From: Balanoglossus misakiensis
Taxonomy: Eukaryota > Animalia > Hemichordata
Assembly (NCBI GenBank): GCA_040954595.2
Contig: CM082595.2
Coordinates: forward strand, 3,953,943 to 4,017,942
Length of the DNA stretch: 64,000 nt
Direction: 5' to 3'
The notes beneath the pieces are model-generated. The model was not told the DNA's origin, ran no database searches, and saw only the letters and a program-made list of their open reading frames with translations. Numbering within the stretch: the first letter of the stretch is position 1; the number at the start of each line of letters is the position of its first letter. The position numbers and the translations under genes were made by a program. Below, piece by piece: positions 1 through 14,700 of the stretch.

Positions 1-3000
1 TTTCCAGGTTTCAGTATTATTGAGCGGATTTGTCACAACGCGCGTGTTTCAATATTTGAGTAGTTTAGAGTAATCGTAGTCTCTTGATGACGTAATCAAA
101 GATAGATTTTCTCGTGCAGTGGAAACTGAACGCTGCAAACCGAAAATTTGCTTGTTCTCCTAGTCAAGTGGGCACGTAAAACGAAAACCCGTGTTTCCAG
201 TATACTTTCTGAATTGTCTCTTTAAATATATGCTAAATTGGCACCTATTGCCAAAAGGCTGATAGCAGGTGAGAGAATTTCAGTACCTATATCCACAGTT
301 GAAATGATAATCATTCGTTTGTTTATTTAAAAACAGTTATGCTATGAATTGCATTGGCTTCCTCTGAGACGAAATTGAGATGTGTAAAGTAGACGCGTGC
401 GTTGAACTATATTCTACCAGGGGACAGCAGAACTGCGATCTGTGAGTGAAATCGCTCCTAGACATACCGAGGGGTAACCGCTTTGTTACCTTGGAAAGGC
501 GACGTCCTTGGGGGGAGAGGTGCCCCTACCTTCAATGCATGCGCCCAATTACGGCGACTAAAGAAAAGTGGGCACTAATTTGCGCGGAGGAATACAATAT
601 ATCCCCAGAGATTCAGTAACTAGGCCAGATATTAATGCAACAAAGGAGGGGACGACAATACGTCGCTCTGGGCCCGCTGCGTTTTGAAGAGAACGGCGCC
701 GGGAGTCTTGGTGCTGTTGGCCAACAGATAAGGCCCGAGACATTTCCTAGATTAACGTCACATTACGGGTCTCTTTACTGGCAAATTTTGTTATGCCGTC
801 GCCTTCAATAAAAACGGCATGTCAGATAAAATGTCATTTGGAAACAGAATGATTGCTTTTTTTCGCAAATTCAACACAATCTGGGTCGCAAGGTGGAGGA
901 GCGCTACGTCACGAGATCGAACCCTCCATAAACTAAGCTATGTACGATTGGAAAGTTCGTTTTTAAAACAGTGATTTTTGGCCACGCGCTAATGCACAAT
1001 AAAAGAAGATCAATAAAAAGTCAATAGATGAAAGAACATTCACCCGGTAATGTATTTAGCTATCAGAAATGAACATCAATACGGATGTTAGATTCCATTA
1101 GCCTATTTAACTGTTTAATCACGTCTCCAGTGATTTGGACGATATTTTGCATCTGTTCTTTAAAATGTTAGATTTCTCGCAATTTAAAACATTTCATTAC
1201 ATACGCGGCTACACCAATAGGCAATATTCGCAATTGGGGGGGGGGATATTTGTAAACATTTCAGAAGGAAACGGTCCCCCTGAAAAGAGCTAACGATACA
1301 GCGTTTCTGAACGGTAATGTACAATAAGCTCGTTAAGCATGCGTAGAGGGAGCTATATTGAATAACCGGTACATGGTAGGCAAATAAAAGTGAACTCTCT
1401 AGTGGGCACTTAGAAGGGCTCCCCAGGGGTGTGTTTGTTTACATGGATTTTTCCAACGCGATCGGGATTATTTGTATTTCTATATGGCGCCAGCGAACTG
1501 TGCGCTATGGGTTTACATCATGCCAAAATATCCATCCACGGTAACTCATTAAACTCTTCGCGGCCTTGAATCGTGAAGTTTAGGCGGGAAAGTTGTCCAG
1601 CGCAGAGTGCGAGTCAAGCTGCGGGCGAAAAGAGTCGTGTTCAAACAATCTTCGTGGGCAGTACCCCTGGTAAACGTCTCTTGCAAGCTCACGCCAGCGG
1701 CGTTAGTTTTGAGTAGCTGAGAGATCATGACTGCGATAGACGACCTTGTTGAGAACATAATCTATGGCACGCCACATGTATGGCAAACATTTGTATAATT
1801 CGTTCGTGTGACATGTTTTATTTTGGATGTAGATAGCTCAACAATTCGTCGAATTCGACGAATCTTCTGCGAAGTCGTGAGAGCATAGTACGGTGCAGCA
1901 ATACTGCAATTTCACCATACACTTGCAAACGTACGAACATTGAGAGTTCCTGGCGCGAATTCCTGGTACACGACAAGAGAGAACTTTCCTCCAATGCCAA
2001 ATTATGCAACTACTGTAACATGATCGCCATAGCTTCGCCACATCCCCTGTCTGTCAACATCACCCTCAGTGCTTCACGACAAGGACTTCGTAGGTGTTTT
2101 GGTCGAGAACGTCGACAACTCGTCGTATGTACGAGAGTACCATGAAGTTGACGACACAGACGAAAAATCAAGAGTACCTAAGATTTACATGATAGTTTAT
2201 GTCTTTCGGACATGGCTGATATCTTGGCCGTCATCCGAAGTGCGAAAAATCACGGAATGTCGTTGAAATGTCTGGTGAAATATTACCAGTAAAATTTCTG
2301 GGATACTACCAGTTTATATTGGTCTTTGTTTTGGCCAATAGGCCGCACTGGAGGGGGGGGGGGGGCAGATCTTCAACGGCACACGTCTGGAACGTGCTAT
2401 AACTGCTGTCTAGCGGGTCCCAGTTTTATCACCGAGCGTCCCAATAGTGTAACTGATCTGGCCAATAGTGAAGGCAAGCAAGCAAGCTCTTCCGTTTTCC
2501 GGGGGACAGCTACTTCAACAAGCGCAAACACACGTACAGCACAGATCCCTATCTGAAGTTTGATTCGCTTACATCACACTGTTTACAAGGGATTTCAAGA
2601 CGGTATACACCAGTAGTCTTGGGGGCTTATTCCCAACCACATATGCGCAGACACATTTTGCTCTAAACCATATCTGTCATTTCTAAAACGAGAGTCGTGT
2701 TTTGAGTGGTTCTTGTCATCTGTTTTCTCGTGTACTTTAAGGTTGATCTAGTTTTTGGCCGGAATCACCCGTAAGAAATTAATTGCTTGTTATCTATTCT
2801 GCATCACTACGCATAGCTAAAGTAAATATCACCGATAGCCATTGGCGTAAGTAAAGCCAAAGGTCGTTCATTGGAGATATGAAGTTATTAAAATAAAACT
2901 TTGGCAAACTTCTCCCTTAACAACGCGCTCAAGTGGTGTTGTCACATTGGCAAACAGCGTATCGATAATGCGTTAGCAATCAAGTGTGTACAAGTGTACG

Positions 3001-4597
3001 AGAGTTTTTTTGAAACTCAGCAGTTGTATTAAAGTAGGACTGTTCACCAGCTCGGCCGGCGCCGAAAAACCAGTCACGTGACTACAGCTGACTGTTAGAG
3101 GCTGGCATCGCAGGGGGTCGAGTAATGACGACTGTCTTTCGTCGAGGCCAGCAAACTCAAGCGTATACAACGTAGGCGCGTTTCGTTGCCAAGACGAAAT
3201 AAAATATACGCGAGAAGATTCGTGGATGCGCATGCAAACGGCGACTGGAGCCGAACGTTGATTGATACTGACAATATTCAAAGACCAACATGTCACGGTG
3301 AACTCCTAATAATACAAGTAAACACCATAAAACAAATATTCCACTCCGCGCAGAGTAGAACGTGACTTCGAAACCCCTTGTTCGAAGGAATGTCGTTAGA
3401 TGGTGAAAACTCACAACTCAGGACATTGACCTATATATGGGATTCTCCCAGCACGAAGTTATTCTTAAAAGCCAGAAGGTGGCTATAAATAACAGCAATG
3501 ATTACAGTTTGGATATACTATAAGCCGGCTAGATTAGATTTGAACAGTTCAGGTGATAATCTACACAATGTATAGAGGGACCGACAGTTGAGTATTGAGA
3601 ATGTCAACATGGCATATGTGGATATCAGAGATAACGTTCAATTAAATATTTGGTTGCGTTGCCAAAGAGTTAAAAAATCAAAATGAATTTATGTACAAAT
3701 TATAGAAGGAAACATACAAAAATTACAATGTATATTGTTTATAAGATAAATATTTCTGGTTTGCCGTCAGATGGTGTTTCTTGGCAAATATGATGATGTC
3801 CAGTTACTGGTAGCTCAAAAACCACCATATCTGATTTTATGGGCACTTTTGTACAGGGGATTAATATTTCTCAAAAGACGTAATTCTCCTAAGTAACCGG
3901 TCACGTGATTGCTGTCAAACCGAACGCACCTGTGTGTGAATTACTGTTTAAAGGCGTGGCAACTTCCACAGAGATCTAAGAACGTAATTCCGTTTGAGGA
4001 GGGAAATCTAAATCCGAATCGTTCTCAGCAGAAACCTTGAACTAACTTTCAACTTACAGATCTTTTAGCTCTTAACGTTAAGAGCACTCGAGGCTGGCTC
4101 TAGATGTTATCGTTATAAAAAGGGAATCTTTTATATATGACCGGTTCTGTTGGCAGTCAACATGAGTTGAAACCATCAAACACAACGAAGGCAGGTAGTT
4201 ACATCGTTATTTCGAAAAGGGCGTCTCTAGTCCCATCAGGTCATATGGGGTCAAACAATATTTGTCAATATTTAGTGGAGCAATTAAAAGACCCGCGCTC
4301 ACTTTTCCATTCATTGGGATACCGAATGTGATTTTGCACAAGCAAGTATGGAACCACCACCGTGATTGGCCGGCCGCTCGTACAATTTACCGATCCACTT
4401 CAGAATGTTTGCAGATGCCCGAACAAAATTCCTGCTTTTCACACGACCGAATTTCCGTTCTGCGGAACTGCCAATGAGACTCTGTCAACATATGTGGGCT
4501 TTCTATCGTAGTTAGGGAAGAACCATTTGATTTATGGTGGAGGGTGGGGGATTTTTGGCCGAAAACAACAACACATTTTTGGCAGATGGTGCTTAGG

Positions 4598-4623
4598 ACA
4601 ACAACAACAACAACAACAACAAC
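4598..4623. repeat. (ACA)n trinucleotide microsatellite
   Basis: Run of acaacaacaacaacaacaacaacaac; it produces the poly-Thr and poly-Val spurious ORFs. Confidence 0.9.
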
Positions 4624-7600
4624 CACCAAAAATCACCATTATCCTAACCTTGGTATATTTGACCTTACTTTCAATTTAAGATATACGTCATACTATTTCA
4701 ACGAGGACACATCATACGTGCGTCATACCTGGACTTTAAAAAATTATTGAATCTAAACTTGGTGTGACTGGCAAATGTCTGGACAGGAGCAAGTCAAGTT
4801 TGGAATGTCAGAGTTTCATAAAATGGGAGAGTGTTTACGCGTGGTTTGTAAAGTGCTCTGCAGTCGACCAAACATTTCACAGTTAAGTGTTGCAAACTAT
4901 AACAAACTTAAAGCAGCTATGATCGATGAAAGCGCAACATTATTTTAGTGAAATTGCATTATCTGAATAGTAGGCGACTAACATACGTTTTCTCGACCTT
5001 GTTTCGGACATTTCGACTGTTGTGATGTTTGACTATCTCTTTCGGACACGGTGATGGTCGCCAAGTGCCGTACTAGACAATGTTAATTTTGCATTGAAAG
5101 CTATGTTTTTCCAAGGCGAGTTTCAAGTGGTGTTCTCTGTACAATGTCTCACTGCCAGACATCTTCATTAACGGGCCAATCGCGTCACCCTAAAATGAGC
5201 CCATTTTCGGTGCCCTGGTCAGAAGCGTTCACCAAGTGTGCCTGGGGGCACTTTCAGTCCACATGACTGCACCAGTATCTCGGATCATCATTCACACGTG
5301 TTTGACATCAATACTGACACTTCGAAAAAACCACATCCTTCCTGAAAACAACAGACGCCGGGAGAATTCAAGACCAGTGCAACAGTGCACTATATCTGTA
5401 CCGGACACCTTAACACATACTAGAACACTTAAGTGCAACACTTTCTCTTGAAGCTGCCAGGCGTTCAGGCCAGCACTCGAGAAATCCCAAAACGATTGGC
5501 ACACACATTTCTCACCAGGTTGCGTTCAACGCAGTGCTCTAAACCAGGCTCGACGTCAAGCAGGGAAGCTATTTGGCGAGAGCGTACATTTGACTGGCAA
5601 TTCGATAATAAGTGACACGTGGAATACTATATTTGACACAAATGGTGTCGAAATATACGCATGCGTAAACGCGTGGACACACGACACTTTTCAGGTGCAC
5701 GCTTGACATGCAAAATCCCTACATCCCATACGTGTATTTGTATCGGAAAGTCTGCATAACGACGTTGGTCGGGGACAACACCGATAGCACAGAGGTGTGA
5801 GACTCAAATCCTCTCTTTCTTGATATGTCTTAATTGTTCCCGAGTGAGCCCGGAGAGATTTGACCAAAAAATCCATGGTGACAATCGCGAAATTGGCTTT
5901 TATTGTCAGCACACACCTTCTGTAAGGAAGATTTAATTGAGCATGTCGAGTGTATGCCTGGAATGTGCCAGTCACTGCATTGTTTTTAAACTGTCGAAAT
6001 CGTCACGGATTTCAGCTTATTAGCGCCTATGGAATACTAATATAGGAGTTAACTAATCCGTTGAGCTCTCTTTGGAAATGCTTAGGCCTGACTATCTTTC
6101 AGTCGAGTTCAATTCAGATTTAATTGCGGGTTCTGTTGTTTCTAGGGTGGTCGTGTTTACACCAGGAGAATCGACTCTCTATTATGTCTGCGGCCCTTCG
6201 GGTTTACAAATCTCTCTGAAAGATGGCAGTGGTCGGCTGAAAGGCAGAAACTGTGGCTGTGTTCCCTCGTATTTAAATTGCCTTTGGAGTGATGCGCAAT
6301 GGTCGCTGCTGGCCAACGAGAAGGGCAGCTCTCCCGGCATTGAACTATACCTGTGTTCGAACAGGTAACTGGTGTAACACATTCAATCGTGGCATCTCCA
6401 TACATCACTACACTACTCGCAGTTGCCGTGTATTTCACAGAGGCGTGTATACATCTTGCACTTGCAACCTGACTACCAGAAAGACACCAAAACGGGGACA
6501 ACCATACTGTGAGCACCACCGACACAGAACCCAAGCAAGGCCACTTGAAAGCAGTGGCTTTTACGGCTTCAAAAAGCCACTCTGATTTGTGTTACCGCCG
6601 CGGAGGATAATGGAGTGAACGTGTACGTGTAACATGATCCCCACAACTCTCCTCGTGGTCCAACTACTTCCACCCTTTAGACTTCTCCGAGGCTGATATC
6701 AGAGGACCAGCCTCCTCTCGTAAAATGCAAATAAAGATGCCAAAAGCACGCATGCTCAAAACAAACACTTCAATATATGCCGTCAGTTTTCATACGCTGG
6801 AGGGTTTCTGAACAACATCACTGGACTTGGTCCAGTTTGTAAACGACTCGACAATTTATACATGCGAGTACGTTCCTTGAACAAGAAACTGCAGTAGACT
6901 CTAGAAACAAAAGCTACAGCTAGTGGAGGTTTAACCAAACCTATCGTGAACGCGACATTCCGATATTTTCAAAAAAGGGCCACTAATTACTCGACCATAC
7001 AACTTTTATGACATTTTCGTGATGCGACAAAGGAAGGCAGAGAAACCGCAACGACTCGGTGATAGCGATGGAGCGTCCAATTATACGCATTGTCACAGGG
7101 AAATATTCACTTCACAAATAGCTGTGGAATTTAACAGTGATACCGGTATGTTACATTCTCACAAGTGTGTTTACGCCAGGACGAGATTTTCCTCACAGTT
7201 TGGGCGCCACAGGTTCTCGTTTGACTGTTCAACTATTTCAAAAAGCACACGCCTTTCAAGCCATCTTCTGAGTTCAATTCGTCGAGTTCTCCGTGAAAAT
7301 ATGTCTTTCGTTTGGAGTTTTAAAAATAAAACTGCCGAATTAACAAAAGGGGACGAAACATCACATATAGCACTTGCTTGTTATATATCAGATATTTCCA
7401 TTTAACACGACATTATATACTAAAGGTGGGCGGGACACAAACTTTTCAATTCGCGGTTTCAAAATTGGCCAGAGCATATTACTTTTCCGAAGGATTGGGG
7501 CTGACAAGGACATTTCAGCGATTGCTTGTCGTTGACGTGTCAAAGACAATAAAGGTTACTTTGCGGTAAAAATTTAGCGATCTTAACTGAACGGGTCAGT

Positions 7601-10600
7601 TCCCACCTTGCTAATTAATTACTTAATTAATCGAAATCCGTGAATGCCTCGCGTCGTGGCGTTTTCTGATTTTCACTCTCTGTGTTTACCGTATGCTGTG
7701 TGATCAAGAGCATCTTCTCTCGGTATCCTTGGCAACGGGTTTCATTATTTTTAATGGGGTTGATGCGGGAGGGAGGGGGGCTTCGGTTGGCAGTATTGGT
7801 TCAAAGTGGACTGGCGATTGAATGACCACTGAATACTGAAACAGACAACGGCTCAACTCAGCAAACACCATCGCTGGGCATTCGTCAACAGATAGTGACG
7901 TAATAGCGAAGGGCAGAAATCTGTTGGCCGTTTGCTGAGTTCCGTGCCGGGTCCGCGGAATTGCTCCTCGCGTAGCGTTCTGGCGTCATATCGACTTGGG
8001 TTTACATTGGCCAGAAATTTCATGCCACGGTCGCTGGATGTTTCAAAGCTGTTTACATCGCCCGGGTTCGCCGGCCTCCCCGCGCTTGGCAATGGTTCTC
8101 ACGCCTTTGTGAGGGAGGGAGGGGGGGGGGGAAATCAAACAGGCAGTCCGAGTGAAAACAGCCCTTTTGCAGTGGAAATAAAAGAACAATGGCCGCAGAG
8201 CACATCAATGGCAGGGCGAATTTCCAGAACAAAACTTGACGAAACCTAATGAGATCGCGGACAACACCGGTGTCAAGTTAGCTTTTGGCCCCCGATTGTA
8301 CTCCGCTGGGGGCTGTTCGCAACATTGTACATGATTGACAAGATGACCACAAACTGTCGTCTGCCAATTTTGCGTGCCAGGGTTCCAAAATGGCAGGGGC
8401 CGATCGTGTACGAAAATCAAATTTACTTACATATATTGGGCTATTCGATGTCAATTACTCGAGAGATTTGAGCTCTCTTAAAACGGAAAACCTAATTAAT
8501 TATTTCAGGCTCGGACTGATACGATGATAACAGAATCATTATGAATCCTGAGCAGGTCTGTAATTGGTAGGACTTCTGCTGAATCGGGATGACGTCGAAA
8601 GTTGGATATATCCCGGGCTTCGCGTGTGATCGATATTTGACTTTTCTTGGAATGTGTTGGAAGATGCCACAGCGCAGTGCAAAACATTCCACGGCTTTTG
8701 TTACGATGAGACAGAGGGCTCTTACAGCTAGTTAAGCAATTGCCCCCGGGGCTGTTCACTTGTTCGGCTCGCCATTCATGGGGTAAACGGCTTTGGTTTT
8801 TAGCGCGAGGAGATTACAGGGCGACGCACGAACACGAGTTGCGCAGCAATGGAGGATGATATATTAAAAAATAAAATAAAAACAAGCAGGGAGTTTTTGA
8901 GGGTGGAAGCGAACAAAAAAACCCACCACTCGACACCGGAGTGCCGGTAATTGTCGCGGCGCCAATCAGGACGCACGGGGCCCCAAAATGAACCGAACGC
9001 AGACCGTTCAATTCGATATTTTCTATGGGGAACGCCTGTTAATGCGCCAGTGGGAGGCGAGCCCGGTAGCCGGCGAGTTTACGACAAACGTCGGCAGCTT
9101 GCACTGAGTAGTGTCGCGACATCGGCGGAGACGGCACCATCTGCTTGGCACCAACAGAGTCAACTGTGGTGATTTGTCGGGGAACAGATTGGCACTAAGG
9201 CAACAGCATATCACACGAAGATATTTCCGCGTACACATGTTTCAGATTGGAAATAATTCATTTTCCCTTTGTATATACCAATACACACATTCTGTACAGC
9301 GACGTCCCTTTCGCTGGAACCTAGTAAAGTGTTCGATATTCAGTTATTTTTTTTTTTTGGGGGGGGGGGGGTTATGACATGTCACGTGCACGATATGGTT
9401 TAAAGCCTTTAGATCAAGTAATATTTGCTTTGTGAAAAAGTAAGCGGACAGGAAGCAATAAATTGAAGATGAAAAACGTGTGCAGAACACACATGAAACG
9501 CATTACGTGTGTCTGTACAGCACACGGCCAACAGACCTCCGCAGCACACGTACCAACGCTAAAAATGCGGTCCCAATGTCCTCGGGCAAGATAAATATAA
9601 TTTATAAGAGAAATAAAGAAAACAACAAATACGGAAGCATTGTCTGGAATGATTAGCGGGCCGCGGTAAGCCATTGGTGAAGGGAAAGGAAGGGGAGAAA
9701 ATACAACGTCCGTTCCGGCTGAGCTATCGGGGTGAAGTGCCACCGTATGCCGGGGGATTAGAATTGGCCACGATGTCGAGAGTTTCGCTACCTATAGAAA
9801 CATAGATTTCACTCATGTGATCCAGCAGAACCTATCGTGGTATAGTGACTGAGGTTATACCGTGACTCCAGTCGACAAAATAGTCAAAACGCCAGCCCTC
9901 TCCACAATCACGAGGCCAATTGTACGTGTAATTGGCCAAAGAGCGTGTTTAAAATGCGGAGCGCTCAAACGGGCGCAGTCAACGTTTGAAATCACTGAAT
10001 TTTCTCGCTGAAAACTGTAAACGACTTTCTTTCAAGTAGTCTCTGATTGCCCCGGGGCGCTGATTTCTACGCCAATGAGATTATCTCAAGTCCTGCGTCC
10101 GAAATCGTTGGAGATTTTCGGTCATGTGGAAGACGGGACAAGAGTTGCTCAACGCCACGCAAAGACAGACGCCCAAAAGCCATAATCTTTTTAGGCACGA
10201 CCGAAAAGCGTGTATGGACCACGCATTGAACGTAAAACGACAATAAACCGCTGAGGACCAACACATGTCGGAAACACTAATGGAAACACAGGCGCTTAAT
10301 TTGCCAGTAGCTCTCTCGATGTTTCATTTACAAGGGCAGCTCAAACGACACCCGGGGTTTGTAGTAATGGCACGCATCTGATCACAACTTGGCACCCTGG
10401 CCAATGTTACTGCAGTACATTCACGAAAAAAACTCACACCACACAACACGACAGCATGGACAAAAATCACACTTGGAAAGTTGCCTGTTCTGTGAAGACG
10501 CACAAACGCGATGTCAGTCAGAATGACAGTTGAACTTTGGAACGCATATTCACAATCACGACCACCACTGACGCATATATAGTTAAATTTTTAAAACGAG

Positions 10601-11019
10601 AACGCGGATTTTCAATCCATTACCGGTTTCGCGTATGACAATATCTCCAGTACAGCGCTTGGAAACCATCCAACCACACACGCTCGAGCCCTACCACAGC
10701 GAAAAACCGAATAAAAGCCCCCGTTCTTCTGAGATTAAAATGTTGTGTAAATGGTGGGGTTAAGCTCAAATCGGCCACAGAAACCCGGGACTTATTGTAC
10801 GGTGTATTGAAGTCAACAAAGCCATGCACTTGTCTACGGTATGCTTAAGTGAACATATAAACGTTTAACATGGTCAGCCCCAATGCACTTGTAAGGTTTC
10901 ATATACAACACCAGCGGAGCTCTTCTGAAACACTGACGTTTACTGTGTCCTATGCCTCATTTGTTGATCGTTTCCCCCCTCCCCCCTTCCTTCCTTCCCT
11001 CTCTCCCCTGAGCGCTCAC

Positions 11020-11190
11020 CTTTTCGTCGTTGGTCCGCGTCGCTAGCGACAGGGCAAGATCTCCGAAATCGTCGTCGTCTTCCGAATATGTGTTCAGGTC
11101 GAGATTGTCCCGGTCGTAGGTGAGCGCGACCGCGTGCTTATCACTGACGGCGACTATAAACAGCGCTAGGGCGAGCATTGGAAGCTTCAT
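11020..11190 (-). CDS. First coding exon of an unidentified secreted or single-pass protein; gene presumably continues toward or beyond the window start
   Basis: ATG at 11190 gives MKLPMLALALFIVAVSDKHAVALTYDRDNLDLNTYSEDDDDFGDLALSLATRTNDEK: a hydrophobic signal-peptide-like N-terminus ending AVA, then an acidic stretch. It ends at a strong donor AAG|GTGAGC (171 nt, phase 0) and has a GC-rich region with CCAAT motifs upstream. Downstream exons were not identified. Confidence 0.7.
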
Positions 11191-11259
11191 GTCTCCTGAA
11201 TGTACACACGCACCGATTTGGAGTGTAGCGCCGAATGAATAGGACTCAAGTGCGAACGT

Positions 11260-11720
11260 CACAGTCAATCATTGGACATTCCCAGTGCCCTCCCTCGTAG
11301 CGGCCCGTTTTTCAGATGTATATTGCGCCCTGAGCTGAAGTGGGGAAAATGCAAGCAGATTTCAGCCAATAGGACTGGTGCATAAGTAAAACAAAACCCG
11401 CCGATGAAAGGGACACCGTAAATGGGCAGTAAATAGGAACGCCGCAGATAGCCTCGTACCACAGCTCCCACTAGGACACGCGTTCTCCAGGCGACTGCGC
11501 GCCCAAATTGGCGTTCAGCACGCGGGGCCCCACACAGCGCACGCACTGATGAAACCGCGTCACAGCGAGAACGGACCAAGCGGGGGACATCAGCGGCGCG
11601 GTGGCCACCCCCGCCCGTAAAAAATCGGCACACCATTCGAAACATTAGCTGACATCCCCTGTAATCAAGTCATGTCATCCATTTTATTGGTCCATTCTCT
11701 ATCATTTAATAGCTCCCGCG
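11260..11720 (-). promoter_or_regulatory. Putative GC-rich promoter of the secreted-protein gene
   Basis: CCAAT/ATTGG motifs at ~11270, ~11366 and ~11686, a GC box (CCCCGCCC ~11608) and high CpG density just upstream of the ATG exon. Confidence 0.45.
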
Positions 11721-14700
11721 AAAAGAAACTAAACGCACCGCATCTGATCCTCAAAAAGAGAACTTCCCAACATCTTTTTGCGCCGACAGTATGAAATCAT
11801 GCACCAAGAAAGAAACCACAATCACGCTGCGAACGTAATAATTGCTTCCAAAACAACTGAAGGCCAAATTCAAGAAATCCTTGAAACATCTCTTATAGCT
11901 GGCCTATTTGCAATCGCAGTAATACATCTCTTTCCTACCAAACCGATACGACAATTACATAACTCCTTAAACACACAGCATACCGTCAACATAACCCTGA
12001 ACATAACCCGAATGTCCGTGTGATATGTTGTTTAAATGTTATTTAGGTACAATTTCAAACCGGGGGGAAATATGTCATCGTTTTGAGACAATGAAATTAG
12101 GAAATGTGGTCAGAATCGTCTGAGTATTTTGTGTGGCGTTTGGATTGAAATACGAAGTGTGGATGGTTTGTCAATATTTAGATTACCGAGCGCGATCCTT
12201 CACGCGGTGGACGCGGACGCGAAGTTGCGGTGCCTGCGGTTCTATTGTCCGTTTCATTTAGCGTCTGAAATGGACATGATACCTTTTGCATCGTCTTCCG
12301 GGGTGATCGGAAGATTATGCGAAAACTTTTAAAGGGAATTTAACTACGGCCGTTTCAAGGTTGCTATGACCCGAATTTCTGGCGTTTGCCCTGCAATGAT
12401 AAGTGAACTTGAAGCCATTCACACCTGTAATGATTGACACACGGAATGCAAAGTTAGTGGTTTTAGTCCGGGAGATGTGTGAAAATGGGGCGAGAGGTGT
12501 TAACGTGGGCCTTTTCAAATCCTAGTATGTACTTTGACGCCTTCGAGTTTTTGTTAGCCTTTCTTGTCGTTTCTCGCTGAATTACAAAGTCAGCAAGGTG
12601 ATCTACTGACACGATATGCAATCGTCAGAGCCTAGCCTAGCGTTTAATTATGGACAAAAAATTGACCCAATTGCAGAAAAGTTGGACCCACCCTCCCCCC
12701 TCATCTCTCCCCCTCTCTATCTCCTCCCATCTCTTCTCTCTTTCTCTATCCCTCTATCTCCTTCTCTCTCCCCCTTCTCTGTGTCTCTCGTTCGGCAGTC
12801 ACGTGTACTTCATGACGCAAAGACAACCACGATGGATGTCGCTACTATCACACCGACTCCATGTGCAAATGTCAGATCGTAATCCCGATTACGTTCTCCC
12901 GGTATTAGCACCGCGTGTTTGTTTCCGGATATAGCCCGGCTCTCCACGTCAAAGAACGCAGTTTCTCGGGGTCAGTGGGAAATGTCGCAATGAAATGGTC
13001 ATTTTTCATAACTGCCACTTCCATTAGACCGTATTAACTTTAAACCACAAAGCAAAAGGTCATCCATTCATCACGTGAAAAACCCCTGATGACGTTGCTA
13101 GGCGACGTAAAATCCAAATAAAAGAAATATATTACATCCGCCGGTGTCGATGGTCTCCAAGGCAACGTTCTCGTCGACGCGGTACCATCCGTCTCATCAA
13201 CGTCTTTTGCGATTCTCTTAAAAGTTCACAGAATCAGGTAATTGTAGATGATTTGTACGTTTTAAAAACATTTTGCGAAGTTTGACAATTCTGACGCCTA
13301 CAGCCGGCAACGCTTAATATCAATATAAATTGCTTAGATTGGTTAGATTTGAGATCGGATATTGAGGTGCTTGTAATAAACTGTCCGATTGAGGTGCTTA
13401 CGTATCGGTTTCTTTTCTTTTCCAGATGACGTCACGTGCACACATGACACGGATCCAAGTTGATTTGATTCTGTGATGACGTCATGTCTGATATTTACCA
13501 TCTGCGATATAAACGCGTGATATTTTAAATGGGTTTAATAAGCGAAGGCCCCGGTTTCTGGATCTTGTCTTTCTATAGAAATCTCGTTCACCACCACCTG
13601 GCATAGCCACCTGTCTTTCTGTATGTCTGTCTGTCTGTCTGACACAGCAAGTTGTGCTGTGGTGATCACACGCGTAAGAGAGTGAGCAGAAAATGTTTTG
13701 ATAGAGATATATCTTTCGAGAGTTGTACTTGCACGCAGAGCGAACTGCACGCTTCATCACTTTATACATATAAAAATAAACTCCTTTCCGTCTTAACCAG
13801 CTGTTGGATTTTCCCTTTGACGCTTCAACCGGACATCACCGTGATAAGACAATGACCAAACAAGCAGAAACAACTTCTGCGATGCGATCAACTTCAGAGC
13901 ACGTGCTTGTGTTTCCAGCAAGCAAACACCAACGGTCTCGGCGATACCACGACCGCATGAAACAATCTATGTTTGGATTGTTTGCAAACAAGCCGGTCAA
14001 ATCAAGGGGGGCTTTAGTCAAACAACTGTACAGGGATCCAGAATTCACCGAACATGGAAATGTAAACTGAACTCGTGTTCTGGGAATCTCTGACAACACA
14101 AAAGTCGACTGTTTGCGGCAAAAGTTTTAAAAATAGCCACAACGCTTAAAACGAACGTGTCATCGATCAGTTACAATTGAAATAAAATCAAAGCGATTTG
14201 ATCAAATGATTTCACGATTACTTTTGACGCAATCCTACTTGCGTGGTTGAGTCGCAAGTCTGCGTGGGTGTTTCTCAAACGAATGTGTTTGTCAAACAGT
14301 GGTAATCTGCGGCTAGATCGGTACAATTTATAATCATTTCTGACAGTTGCGTGTTTTTTAATATCTGAAGTAAAGACGCTATGAAACCATTGCATCAGCT
14401 TGACCAAAGGGACAAAGACACATCTAGCCACAGATGTTAATCTAACTTGTCCAAAACGCACTTTAAACGCCCTCTGCTTCAAAGAAGAATACTGGAGTGT
14501 GCCTTTTCCCACTGAGAGACATGATAGTGAAATTTTCTACAGCAATATTCACGCGATTGCAACTGTTTTACAAACTACCATACAAAAACATTCAAGGAAA
14601 CGAGCAGCATAGACCAATTTACGAACTCCACGAGACGATACGAGATATCGCGTGACTAGGCAGAACAAACAACAATCATGGCCCATCGTGTTATACGGCA

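Noticed and set aside
5691-6585. Cluster of 66-125 aa ORFs as possible second exons of the secreted-protein gene
   Set aside because: The acceptors tested give in-frame stops in phase 0 and no recognisable domain.
11020-11190. Resemblance of the acidic N-terminus to the BMP1/Tolloid prodomain start (GDIAL vs GDLAL)
   Set aside because: It lacks the DPCKA motif and the match is too short, so no gene symbol was assigned.
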